Positions 10,345 to 21,301 of a DNA stretch of 64,000 nt are shown piece by piece. The first letter of the stretch is position 1, and every line of letters begins with the position of its first letter. Origin of the DNA: an uncultured Armatimonadetes bacterium (GTDB taxonomy: Bacteria > Armatimonadota > UBA5829 > DTJY01); assembly GCA_963717145.1 (NCBI GenBank), contig OY970325.1, positions 4,896,001 through 4,960,000 of the forward strand, written 5' to 3'. A model generated the notes under the pieces. That model made no database searches and had not been told where the DNA came from. It worked only from the letters and a program-made list of their open reading frames with translations. The translations under genes were made by a program, and so were the position numbers.

Positions 10345-11355
10345 CTACAGGTTCAGCGATTCCCAGTCCCTCCTCAGTGTTCTCTCGTCTCGGCGGAAGA
10401 TGCCAGCATCGATCTCTTCTGCGGGATATCGATCGAGAAGGCTTTGGACCATCTCCACTATCAGACTCGGCGCATGCATCCGTCGGGCGACGTGCTGAAC
10501 TCGCACAGCATGATTCATCTGTGACTCGCCAGACGCCATTGCCTGTCGTATCTCTGAAGCGAGGCTTGCCCAATAGCTGAACTCATTGATCACTTGGATT
10601 ACGGAGTATCCGGCATCCCGCAGTTGTCGTAGCATCTCACGTCTGTGCTGCAGAAGCTCCGTAGTCTTCGATCCGCGAAACGTACGCGGGAGCTTGCTAA
10701 GTTGGATACCGTACTTAGCCCTGAGCCCGGATAGTTCACCAGTAACTTCCCGTATCGGCCGATTTCCAAATGGCGAGGTCGTGTTGACGTCGTTGGAGAG
10801 TATGGTAGCTACGCGGTTGATGTCTCCGTACCTGTATAGAGGTGTCCAGCCGTATTCCGGCAGGACAGGTGTAGGCAGCCGTTGGCGTTCCCTTTCGGTG
10901 GTTGTGCGCCAAACTAGCATCCCGAACCAGTACTCCCCGAGATCGGGCGGGGGATGAAGGCGCAGGCTGCCATCGTCGGCCATTGCATCATATGCCGCCT
11001 CCCAACTCCGGTCAATGGCTGTGAACTCCCTGTCCATACGCTCCGGATCGTAGCCGAAGACATCGCTGGCGGCTAGTCTGATGCGGCATATCTGATCGCG
11101 CTTGATCCAGCAGACCGGATGCACTTCGCCCGTCTTGGCCAAACGGGCCAGAATATGGAACGGATAGTTCAGAAACCAGATCCAGTCTTCATCTACCATC
11201 TCTCTCAGGTGCGTGGGAACACTAGCCTTAGTGAGCTGGATCTGATACTCCACGTATTGGGCTGCAGGATGACGATCTCCAAGTTCCTTGCTCAGTTGCT
11301 GTGCGAAATCCTGGGCCATTATCAGCTCATGGGGTCTGTCAGGCATGGGTGTCAT
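10345..11355 (-). CDS. Hypothetical protein
   Basis: 336-aa ORF with no family recognised. Confidence 0.55.
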   Translation of the reverse strand: MTPMPDRPHELIMAQDFAQQLSKELGDRHPAAQYVEYQIQLTKASVPTHLREMVDEDWIWFLNYPFHILARLAKTGEVHPVCWIKRDQICRIRLAASDVFGYDPERMDREFTAIDRSWEAAYDAMADDGSLRLHPPPDLGEYWFGMLVWRTTTERERQRLPTPVLPEYGWTPLYRYGDINRVATILSNDVNTTSPFGNRPIREVTGELSGLRAKYGIQLSKLPRTFRGSKTTELLQHRREMLRQLRDAGYSVIQVINEFSYWASLASEIRQAMASGESQMNHAVRVQHVARRMHAPSLIVEMVQSLLDRYPAEEIDAGIFRRDERTLRRDWESLNL

Positions 11356-11516
11356 CGTTTTACATCCTGGTGCTAAGCATCACCAATCTAGGGGTCTACT
11401 TTCCAGTCCCAATGCCTGCGGTGGCAGATACCTTCCAGCGCCGAGCTGTGAGCCAAGCGGTGGTTGATCGACCACGGGCTGCTACAGCATAGTAGAACAG
11501 GAAGGTGGTAGCGCTC

Positions 11517-11807
11517 TCATACGTGACGCTCAGATTGGGCCGCTGCCCCCTCAAGTAGCCAGCATGTAGAGCATTCCAGGGCGTCGGCTAGAGCCAGTAC
11601 TTCCAGATCAGAAACGAGCCTTGATCCGTTTTCGATGCGTGAGATATCCTGCCAAGCCGGGTTCCACATTCCGTTTGTGGCACGGGCGACTCGGGCACAG
11701 AGTTCATCCTGGACAATCCCAAGGTGATGACGGCGGTCCCTTACACGAGGGCCCACCTGGTTCATCTTCCCTTCACTGGTTCTAAGTCGAGCACCGCCAC
11801 GAGGCAT
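11517..11807 (-). CDS. XRE-family HTH transcriptional regulator
   Basis: VGPRVRDRR...QDELCARV...ISRIENGSR...LADAL...WLL pattern. Confidence 0.8.
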   Translation of the reverse strand: MPRGGARLRTSEGKMNQVGPRVRDRRHHLGIVQDELCARVARATNGMWNPAWQDISRIENGSRLVSDLEVLALADALECSTCWLLEGAAAQSERHV

Positions 11808-11813
11808 CTCTAG

Positions 11814-13401
11814 CAGCCTGTCTGAGAATTCCCCGCTATGTGGGTGAGTTTCCCATCTGCGGGGTCGCGCTGGCTGCTGTTCGATAGTGTTTTTCGCCGG
11901 ATTTCCGGCGAGGGTCTGTAAAGACCCCTTGTACCTTGATAATCAGCCTGATCCAGGTCATATATCTACGTATCGAAGATCGATTTCCGGTCGCCGTATC
12001 GGTATAGCTTCAGCATGTTGTGCCCAAGACACGCAAGCGTCCACTCCGACTTCGCTTTCGCAAGGCCTCGGAGTAGGAAGCCTCGGAAGTTCCGTGCGCT
12101 CTTGATCTGGCCGAACACCGGCTCTACCGTCTCCTTCCGCCTCCCGTAGATCTTTCGGCCAAGAGGAGTCAAGAGCTTTGCTCTCTGGCGATCTGCGGCG
12201 GATTGCTTTGCCGGATCAAGGCAGGAAGGCGCCGTCGGCTCTTTGCCATGACGTTGTCTGTCAGGCGGTATATAAGCGTCGATCCCTTGCTGCTCGACCA
12301 TCTCTATGTTGTCGCTGCTGAAGTATCCGGCATCGGCGGATAGTTCTTCCGGTTTCTTTCCGGTGTTCTCCTTGATTGCCTCGATCATGTCACTAAGATG
12401 CGGTGAGTCCGCTGCCTGGTTCGTGAGATCACACGCCACTACAATCTGATGATCTGCGTCTACCGCAGCTTGTCCGTTGTATGCCTGCACGAAGGCTTTC
12501 TTTGCGTCCTTCATTATCCGGCTTTCCGGGTCTGTGAAGTTCCGCTGTGCCTTCCCTTCCGGCTCTGTCTTTACGGGCCCCGGCTCTCTGCCGCGAGGCT
12601 TCTTCCCGGATGCTTCCTGCTCCGCCTTCTCTTGGGCTCGCATCGCTTCTTCGGCTGATGCTCGCTCTTTGGCCTCGCGCTCCAGCGCTTCTTTTGCTTC
12701 CCTGATCTTGGCGAGCCGCTTCTCTCTGGTTGCGAGTTCCTCCGGGAGTTCGTCTCCTCGGCGGTCAAGACCATATTCCGCGTCTTCCTGGTCGTCCACA
12801 GAAAGACCCTTCGCAAGGAGCGCCTCGATCTCAGCCTGAAGCTCTTTTTCTTTCTCGACCATCCGAGAGTAGCTCATGGCGGAGTGCTTGCTTGCGTTGG
12901 CAAGCAGCTTTGTTCCGTCTATGGCTATGTGTTTCATCGACACAAGCCCGGCGCTTGCGCATAGCCTGAGCACTTGCACAAACAGGTCCGCAAGGGACTT
13001 GAGATGCCTCTTCCTGAACTCGCTTATCGTGCGGAAGTCGGGATGATTTCCTGCCGCAAGCACCCGGAAGGCTACATCTTCATACGTGGCCAGGGAGAGC
13101 TTTCGAGATGAATACACTCCCCGGCACAAACCGTAGAATATGATCTTTGTAAGCATTGCCGGATGGAACGGCGGCGCTCCTCGGGCCTCTTTCTCGTATG
13201 AGGCGTATATCGCGGAAAGGTCGAGTCCGTCTACGACATCGCTCACAAAGTATGCGAGATGTCCTTGGGGAAGCCACTCCGAGATCGACGGCGGCATCAA
13301 GAATATCTGGTCGGGTTGATAAGGAAGGTATGGCTTGCTCATACCAGTATTTTACTATATATCTGGCACCTTGTGCCAGAGGTTATTTCGTGGACAGGCT
13401 G
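11814..13401 (-). mobile_element. IS1182-family element
   Basis: Inverted repeats CAGCCTGTC/GACAGGCTG, flanked by CTAG on both sides (11810-11813 and 13402-13405). Confidence 0.85.
11966..13342 (-). CDS. IS1182-family transposase
   Basis: PDFRTISEFRKR, IDGTKLLANAS, ADAGY and RKETVEPVFGQIK motifs. Confidence 0.92.
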   Translation of the reverse strand: MSKPYLPYQPDQIFLMPPSISEWLPQGHLAYFVSDVVDGLDLSAIYASYEKEARGAPPFHPAMLTKIIFYGLCRGVYSSRKLSLATYEDVAFRVLAAGNHPDFRTISEFRKRHLKSLADLFVQVLRLCASAGLVSMKHIAIDGTKLLANASKHSAMSYSRMVEKEKELQAEIEALLAKGLSVDDQEDAEYGLDRRGDELPEELATREKRLAKIREAKEALEREAKERASAEEAMRAQEKAEQEASGKKPRGREPGPVKTEPEGKAQRNFTDPESRIMKDAKKAFVQAYNGQAAVDADHQIVVACDLTNQAADSPHLSDMIEAIKENTGKKPEELSADAGYFSSDNIEMVEQQGIDAYIPPDRQRHGKEPTAPSCLDPAKQSAADRQRAKLLTPLGRKIYGRRKETVEPVFGQIKSARNFRGFLLRGLAKAKSEWTLACLGHNMLKLYRYGDRKSIFDT

Positions 13402-15799
13402 CTAGGGCATCGAGAACGAATACACAGGGGGCGGTGCCATCATGGCGAAGAATATCACAAGTGGCAATGCCGAAGAGGGGGCGCAGGATACTCAGGTCCT
13501 CCTCAGGTACATTGTGCATGATCTCATCAATATCAACGCCTTTGTCCACAAAGTCAGCGAAATTGGAGAACGCACCCTGTATTGCCGCTCCAGGCACGTA
13601 GAATACTGTCTGGAGTTTCTGGTCGATTGCAGGGTATACCGCCGTTGACTTTCCGAAACCAAACTCCCCCAGGAGAACTGTGATTCGTCTTCTCTTGTCA
13701 CCAAAGAGCACGGATGCAGGATCAGCTACGAAGGAATCGCCAATCTCAATCCTCTCAAGCTTATTGGGACCAACGACTACCAGGCATTCGCGCAATGGAA
13801 CCTCGGAGATCGGTTCGTATCCTGGAAAGGCCTCGATACCTGGCCTTTTGCCGGGAGACGAAGCCTGTTCCTGCAGGAATGCCTTTACCTGTTGCTTGGC
13901 GGTCTCAAATATGGTCCGCGGTATGATATCACGATACCACACCTCAGCAGTCTCAGCTTTTCCAGACTCCATGAGCTGACTCATCAGGCGGACGAGCTCG
14001 TCACGAATGTCCGCGCTATGTACATTCCGATTCAGTACAAGGACGTACCTCCTGGCCCGGAAGGGGCTCTTCATGAAGGAGTTGACAGACTTCCTGCAGT
14101 TGGCGACCTGTCTGATGCCTACCTCCTGGTCTGTCACTTTGAAGCCCTTGCACTGTATGACCAGAGGGAACGGCTGACTATCCGACCAGGATATGTAGTC
14201 AACTCCAGAGTTATCCAGGGGTGGAACTCCTCAGAGTGGGTAGAGCACGTCTCAGGCAGCCCTTGCCGCGTGCTCAATCCGAGCCAGTTCGCCACTCAGG
14301 AGGGCGGTTCTCACCGCGAGCACTGCATCTGCCCCATCCTTTGTCCACCGCATCCCGGCTTGCTTTAGCCTCTGGCTCACTATCACCTTGCACGCTGATT
14401 CCACCGGACCGCTGCCTATCATCATCCCCTTGGCCCTGTATGCCGGGTAGTTCATGTACTTCCGGTACTTCCTGAAGTCCCATCTCCAGCCGAAGTGCTT
14501 CTTGTTCCTCTTTGCCCCGAGCCTTGCGCCGCTTCATGGCTCTGAGTAGACTCCCAGGTCCCTTCTCCTTGAGCTTCCGGCAGTGCTCATTTGCCCAGCG
14601 CTTCCCTTTGGGACTTCCCTCTCCATAGAGCGCCCGCGCCAAGTTGTGTATGTGCTCGCAGGCATGCCAGTAGTCGATGATCTTGATGCTCTCCGGCAGA
14701 TGATCCCTGACCTCTCTCCATATCCAATCTGCTCCGTCAGCGATGACTATCCGCTCTTTTGCAGTACCGTAGCCGGCTTGCATTGCCCAGGTGTATACCC
14801 GTCTCCCGAACTCTTCGCTCTTCTCTTGTGCCGCTATGTAGCGCGAGTTCGTGACTGTGTCCGTGTCTTTGCCTGCAGCCGGAACGCCTTCGTATACCAC
14901 CATAGCCTTGATGTCATGCCACTGGCCATCGGTGTGCGCTTTGGCCGCGTCTATGCCAATGTAGAGCCTCTGTGGCGTCGCCTCGCAGGAGACCTCTTCA
15001 CCTGTGTCTACCGCAGAGATGATCGCTTCCTGCTCCTCTCGGCGGAGGCATTCCCCAACATCCCGGACTATCTCTTCTTCGCTGCTCTCTTCGATCGCAA
15101 TACCCGTGGTTCGCTCGATCAGCCTTGCGGCTGCTTCATATGGAAGCGCGGCGCAGATCGAGGCCGTGAGTTCTTTCACGCTGGCGGTCCATACTCTCTC
15201 GGACAGCCCCTGCTCGCGGTCCCATGGAATGTAACCCTGCCCGCAGTGGTCGCAGCGGTAATATGCCCGGCTTACCTCTGCATCTCCGTGCAACGTCCGC
15301 ACAAAGCGCTTTCGGTATCCCTTGAACCTGGCCAGTCTGCCGCATTCGCACTCTATCCGAACGCCTCTGTAGGTGGGCTTTCCGCTCATCTTTCCGGCAA
15401 CCTCACTCATCATTGCGCCGGCGATCTGGCGCGCCAGGATCTGAATACGCTCCTCGGCTGACCCCAAGTCCGCGCAATCGATGTAGCTGCGGGCAAAGTC
15501 GCGAGCGGCCTCAAGGAGGGAGTCTGTGTGCAAAAGTGTAAGCCTTCTCTGGGAGTCTCCTTTCGGAATGTTTGTCCTTCAACAAACCGTTACCGACTAT
15601 TACAGGAGACTCCTTCCTTACTTGCTACCCACTCAACGCGAATGCACCCGTTATCCAGAGTAGCTAGATCGGTGCACTCAACGATTCCAGGAAAGGCCAA
15701 GCGTAGGTAAGGTCCGACACCTCGCTGGAAATGATGTCCCTCAAGAGAACTCAAAACATTTCCGATCTGTATGATCTGAGCTTTTGCCTGCCAAGTCAT
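13402..15799 (-). pseudogene. Mrr-like PD-(D/E)xK nuclease fused to NACHT/STAND NTPase, interrupted by one IS and truncated by IS1182
   Basis: Removing IS 14219-15649 and one TSD restores the frame ...LDNSGVDYI...VIQCKGF...GEFGFGKST...VFVLDAL, which stops at the IS1182 junction. Confidence 0.7.
14219..15649 (-). mobile_element. Mutator-like IS (ISKra4/ISLre2 type), copy 1, with frameshifted transposase
   Basis: Ends GGGTGCATTC.../...TCCACCC; 9-bp TSD GTTATCCAG at 14210-14218 and 15650-15658. It is 2 bp shorter than copies 2 and 3, which splits the ORF near 14478. Confidence 0.9.
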
Positions 15800-16259
15800 A
15801 GTGGTGTCATCACGGAATCCGTCGTCCCATGCTCGCGAATCAGGTGAACCGTTGGGTGTACAGTAGGGATTGTCAAGGTTATCCAACAGCACATCTGATC
15901 GGCTTCACCTTGCTTCTAGTATCCGGTCACTCAACTCCTCAATCCCACGTACATTCCGCCCTCGGACGCTTTGTTCCTGCAGCAATAAGAGTCACGAACT
16001 CATCCGGGGCTGACCTAAGCTCTGCCATAATCGAAGGCACGGTGTATATGTTGGGATCCGGTCGAAGAATACCAACCCCGAATGCTTCCGTGCGCAGAAT
16101 ACCGGGGCTCAGAGAAGACGCAGAAGGAAAGCCAGAAAGCAAGGACAAGAGCCAGGTGATGACCGGATCGCAGTCGTCATTGGGGGGTATTACTCGCCCA
16201 CAGAGGCCACCGCATTGATGTAAGTGATCTCTTCTCCCCGAGCGTTGAGCACGATCTGC

Positions 16260-16495
16260 TCGTCTTACGGCTGGTGACGGCAAACCGACTGTCTCAGCAG
16301 AGAACAGACGATAGAGTCTCTGCTGCGGGCCGTCCCAGAGCACCGGAGGGCAGACATCGGTGGGGGGCTTGGTGCTGTCCCAGCACGATGCCGATCAGTT
16401 CTTCTCTTGACAGGCAGCCGAGATCGTCACAACCGATCATTCGACAGCCGATCCTGGGGTACCTCCTCAGATCATCAATGATCGTGAGCTCTTGC
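16260..16495 (-). mobile_element. Degenerate IS66 left-end remnant
   Basis: IR-like GCAAGAGCTCACGATCATTGAT on the minus strand, plus LSREELIGIVL matching the IS66 transposase N-terminus at 17923. Left boundary approximate. Confidence 0.6.
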
Positions 16496-16820
16496 AGCGA
16501 CAAATCAGGGCTGACCTGTCTAATGTGGTAGTGTGTCTTGATACTACTTGAAATTGGAGTATAGTAATGCTAATTATTACAGCGTGAAGGCTGGCCACTG
16601 CATAGCACTATAGCCATCATGCCTGATTCGGGTCTTTTTGGGTGAAACTACCTTTGACACGGAGTTATCCGCCACCGGCAGGATCATGTCCGGCTTCGCT
16701 CGTCAGCGTAAGCCCGACTCGATCGGAAAAAAACGGCCTGCGCTTTTCGGAGGAAACTATGGTACAATACATCGTTACATGAAGCGGCTGCGGATAGGGA
16801 TAGATGATGGGTCAAAGCCA

Positions 16821-17291
16821 ATGATTGAAAGGATGGCAGACATCTTGGCAGGAGTACGAGAGATCGCACAGAGTGATCTAGTGGAGATTGCGGAATTTGA
16901 GAAGGATATCTCGTTGATCTCCTTTGGCCATGAAGCGGTCACCGACCTCGATTTCCATATGCGCAAGCTGGAGACGGCCATGGCGAAGGAGCACGCAGGA
17001 ATGCTGGTGCTTGACCACGATGGGGAGATCTGCGGATGGCTCTGGATGACCGCAAAGCGGAATTCCGTCACAAACGAGAAGTATGTCAATTTCAGGAGTT
17101 TCTATATCAAAGAAGCCTACCGGGGCACGGAATACACGAAGGTCTTGTTCGATGCAGGCATGGCCTTCAGCAGAAATACCGGCGCAAAGCGCATTGTCGG
17201 CAAAGTACATGCAAGCAACCTGCCGATGCGCGTCCTGTACAAATCTTATCAATTCGAACCGACGCATATCACCATGGAGTATACGTTTTGA
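16821..17291 (+). CDS. GNAT-family N-acetyltransferase
   Basis: YIKEAYRGTEY and V.ASNLPMRVLYKSYQF GNAT motifs. Start chosen at ATG 16821. Confidence 0.8.
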   Translation: MIERMADILAGVREIAQSDLVEIAEFEKDISLISFGHEAVTDLDFHMRKLETAMAKEHAGMLVLDHDGEICGWLWMTAKRNSVTNEKYVNFRSFYIKEAYRGTEYTKVLFDAGMAFSRNTGAKRIVGKVHASNLPMRVLYKSYQFEPTHITMEYTF

Positions 17292-17377
17292 ATGTCTAGA
17301 TCTGCGAAGCCCCACCCAGTACCTGTCAGACTCAGGGAACTCCCCTCTGAATCAGCGTACACGCAACGTACCCAGTC

Positions 17378-17638
17378 TTGGATGGAGCGAGCGCGGTATG
17401 GTGGGGGATAATGGTCTTGGCATACAATCTGCATGCGGCCAAGATACACCTGGCGCTGCCGAAGGTGCTTGTAAAGAAGCGGGTCAAGGCGGTTCGGTTT
17501 GCGTTGATAGACGCATCCGGTCGGATAGTGGAGCACGGACGGCAGCTATACGTGAGGCTTGCGAAGGGTCATTCCGCGCTCATCTGGCTTCTGGAGATAC
17601 GCCGCAAGGTAGGGATGCTGACTCCCTGCGAAACATAG
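17378..17638 (+). pseudogene. IS1380-family transposase C-terminal remnant
   Basis: WW.IMVLAYNL...VRFALI...GRIVEHGRQLYVRL resembles IS1380 transposase C-termini. Confidence 0.6.
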
Positions 17639-17884
17639 GCGAAGGCTGGCAGACTAACCAAAGCCATCGGATGCGCCCGAAGAGAGGGTGCGGGGAGTAG
17701 TCATGCCTCAACCAGCCGGGAAAGCAACATCCGACCAGCCCGAGGCTCTGCTGCATGCACATCGGACGGCTGAAGACATAACGATCCGGCATTGACGGCC
17801 ATGATCATCGCAAAAAACGAGTTCATGCCGGCCCAAATGACACAGCGCCCGGATCTGGTGGAGGATCAGGGGCCTTGCGGCGAC

Positions 17885-19361
17885 GTAAGAGTTCACGATC
17901 ATTGATAGTCTGAGCAGGAACCTTGGAGCGGACTGTCGAATGGCAGGTTGTGAACGATCTCGGCAACCTATCAAGAGAAGAACTGATCGGCATCGTCCTG
18001 GAGCAGCACCAGGCCGTCCTGGAATTGCGTGAAGGCGTGGACACCCTCACCGAACGCGTCCGAGCGCTTGAGAAGGAGAATGAAGAACTCCGGTCCAAGC
18101 TCGGTGGCGGCGGCAGGACGATACCTGCCTTTGTGAAGGCAAACCGGCCCGAGCGCAAGAAGAAGGATCGCAAGAAGCGGCAGAAGTCGTTTGCACGGCT
18201 GAGGGAGACTCCGACTGAGATCGTGGATCACGCGCTCGACACCTGTCCCGACTGCGGAAGGAAGCTCTCGGGCGGCACGGTGCATCACAGCCGGCAGGTG
18301 ATCGAGATACCGGTGATGCCGGTCAGGATCATCGAGCACCTGGTGATCGGACGGTACTGCGGAGTCTGCCACAAGATACACGTGCCGAAGCTCGACCTCT
18401 CCGAAGAGGTGGTCGGGACACACCGGGTGGGCATCCGGCTGATGAGCCTGGTGAGCTATCTCCACACTGTGTGCAGAATGCCGGTTGAGCGTGTGCAGAA
18501 GCTTCTGGAGTCGCTCTACGGTCTGCATCTCGGGCTCGGAGAGATCGCGAAGATACTCCAGAAGGTGGCCTCCATGGGCAAGCCGGAGGTAGAGAAACTT
18601 CTGCAAGCAGTCAGAGGAAGCCCTACGGTGAACGCGGATGAGACCGGCTGGCGGGAAGATGGGAAGAACGGATACATCTGGAGCTTCACGACGCCACGCG
18701 TGCGCTACTTCGTCCGAAACAAGAGTCGGAGCGGCCAGGTCGCAAAAGACGTGCTGGGAGAGGACTACGAGGGTGTAGTCGTAAGCGACTTCTACTGCGG
18801 CTACAACGTGCTGCTCGGTTGGCATCAGCGGTGTTGGGTGCACTACCTGCGGGACTTGCGAACGCTCGTCGAGGCGAACCCTGACAAGAGAGGGGTAGCA
18901 GTCTGGGCCGGCAAGGTCAAGGCCGTTTACAGGCGCGCGAAGGCATTTTCGGGCGATGATTCGAAGGCCCGGCAGAAGCGGCGAATCGCATTCGAGGACG
19001 AGTTGCTTCGACTCGCCAGACCATATGTGAAGCGGGATGTTCCGCAGAGGATACTCGCTGAGCGGATCGAGAGATTCCTGCCGGAGCTGTTTGTCTTCGT
19101 AGAATGTCCGGAAGTACCAAGCGAGAACAATGCGGCCGAGCGAGCGATCCGGCCTGCGGTAACAGCTCGCAAGATCAGCGGCGGCACACGATCGGCCAAG
19201 GGATCTGAGACCCGCATGGCGCTGATGAGTCTATTCGGAACCTGGCACTTGCGTGGTGAAGATGCGATGGAGTCATGTTGGCGAATGCTCGCGGGCGTTC
19301 CTCAGACACTCGCGACCGATCCAGCCTGACAACTTCACTATCAACGATCGTGAACTCTTAT
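17885..19361 (+). mobile_element. IS66-family single-ORF element (ISBst12-like); transposase 17923-19329
   Basis: Inverted repeats GTAAGAGTTCACGATC/GATCGTGAACTCTTA(T). Leucine zipper, CPDCG, ADETGW, QRCWVH and ENNAAERAIRP motifs. Confidence 0.9.
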
Positions 19362-19369
19362 TCATCTGA

Positions 19370-20802
19370 GGGTGCATTCGCGTTGAGTGGGTAGCAAGTA
19401 AGGAAGGAGTCTCCTGTAATAGTCGGTAATGGTTTGTTGAAGGACAAACATTCCGAAAGGAGACTCCCAGAGAATGCTTACACTTTTGCACACAGACTCC
19501 CTCCTTCAGGCCGCTCGCGACTTTGCGCGCAGCTACATCGATTGCACGGACTTAGGGTCAGCCGAGGAGCGTATTCAGATCCTGGCGCGTCAGATTGCCG
19601 GCGCAATGATGAGTGAGGTTGCCGCCAAGATGAGCGGAAAGCCCACCTACAAGGGTGTTGGGATAGAATGCGAATGCGGCAGACTGGCCAGGTTCAAGGG
19701 ATACCGGAAACGCTTCATTCGGACTTTGCACGGAGACATAGAGGTCGAGAGGTCATACTACCGTTGCGACCATTGCAGGCGGGGCTACATTCCATGGGAC
19801 CGCGAGCAGGGGCTGTCCGAGAGAGTATGGACCGCCAGAGTGAAGGAACTCACCGCCTCGATCTGCGCCGCGCTTCCATATGAAGCAGCCGCAAGGCTGA
19901 TCGAGCGAACCACGGGTATTGCGATCGAAGAGAGCAGCGAAGAAGAGATAGTCCGGGATGTTGGGGAATGCCTCCGCCGAGAGGAGCAGGAAGCGATCAT
20001 CTCTGTGGTAGACACAGGTGAAGAGGTCTCCTGCGAGGCGACGCCACAGAGGCTCTACATTGGCATAGACGCGGCCAAAGCGCACACCGATGGCCAGTGG
20101 CATGACATCAAGACCATGGTGGTATACGAAGGCGTTCCGGCTGCAGGCAAAGACACGGATACCGTCACCAACTCGCGCTACATAGCGGCGCAAGAGACGA
20201 GCGACGAGTTCGGGAGACGGGTATACACCAGAGCACTGCAAGCCGGCTATGACGGGGCAAAAGAGCGTATAGTGATCGCCGACGGCGCAGACTGGATATG
20301 GAGAGAGGTCAGGAATCATCTGCCGGAGAGCATCAAGATCATCGACTACTGGCATGCCTGTGAGCACATATACGGCTTGGCGCGGACACTCTACGGAGAG
20401 GGGAATCCCAAAGGGAAGCGCTGGGCAAACGAACACTGCCGGAAGCTTAAAGAGAAGGGGCCGGGGAGTCTGCTTAGAGCCATGAAGCGGCGCAGAGCAC
20501 GAAACGATTCTGAGAGGGAAGCGCTTCGGATCGAGACAGGCTACTTCAGAAAGTACCGCAAGTACATGAACTACCCGGCATACAGGGCCAAGGGGATGAT
20601 GATAGGCAGCGGTCCGGTGGAAGCGGCGTGCAAGGTGATAGTAGGCCAGAGGTTAAAGCAAGCCGGGATGCGATGGACGAAGGACGGCGCAGATGCAGTG
20701 CTCGCGGTGAGAACTGCCCTCCTAAGCGGCGAACTGGCTCGGATCGAGCACGCAGCACGTGCCGCCTGAGCCGTGCTCTACCCACTCTGAGGAATTCCAC
20801 CC
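19370..20802 (+). mobile_element. Mutator-like IS (ISKra4/ISLre2 type), copy 2; transposase 19474-20769
   Basis: 1433 bp with the same ends as copy 1. GIDA, ADGADWIW, IDYWHACEH and IGSGPVEAACK motifs. Confidence 0.9.
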
Positions 20803-20818
20803 GGCTCCAACATATGGC

Positions 20819-20848
20819 TTGACCTGTTACCACTTCAGGTGTTATGAT
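20819..20848 (+). promoter_or_regulatory. Putative sigma70 promoter of the ACP/BtrH/carbamoyltransferase operon
   Basis: TTGACC-18 bp-TATGAT with extended TG. Confidence 0.55.
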
Positions 20849-21011
20849 AATGCATTCTCGCACCAATGACGTCCTGCAGTCTGCCATTGGCGCGTCCATC
20901 GCCGCATGCAGCCTCACCACCAAACCGCTCGTGTGGCGAAGGCCTGCTGCAGGGTATTCTTGGTTCTCTAATGCTTACAAGTAAGTGCTAACTTATGGGA
21001 GCGATCTCAAT

Positions 21012-21278
21012 ATGCGGCATCGATTACTGCATGCCATTCGACAGGTTGTCGATCCATATCAACAGCCAACCGTCACCTTGGATGACAAGTTTGACCAGCT
21101 GGGCCTCAATTCTGTGACATTGGTCAGATTGATCGTCTTGGTCGAAAAGGAGTTCGATATCATATTCCGAGACGAAGATCTGCAGATGATTGATTTTGAG
21201 TCTGGAAGAAGTCTCCTGGAGTATATTGAGAAGGAAAGGGCTGCGACGAATAACCGTAAGAATAGGCCCATGAAGTAG
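21012..21278 (+). CDS. Acyl carrier protein
   Basis: DQLGLNSVTLVRL...VEKEFDI ACP signature; ATG at 21012 after GGGAG. Confidence 0.8.
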   Translation: MRHRLLHAIRQVVDPYQQPTVTLDDKFDQLGLNSVTLVRLIVLVEKEFDIIFRDEDLQMIDFESGRSLLEYIEKERAATNNRKNRPMK

Positions 21279-21301
21279 CGGGGCAGAGGAAGGTAGCTAT
21301 C

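Noticed and set aside
11517-13405. Removing IS1182 fuses the NACHT fragment in frame to the XRE gene (LDALE-MPRGG)
   Set aside because: A NACHT domain cut at Walker B would not fold; deletion between two CTAG sites with chance frame match is more likely.
15939-16160. Possible HAD hydrolase remnant (RPDPNIY)
   Set aside because: Only one short motif and no supporting context.
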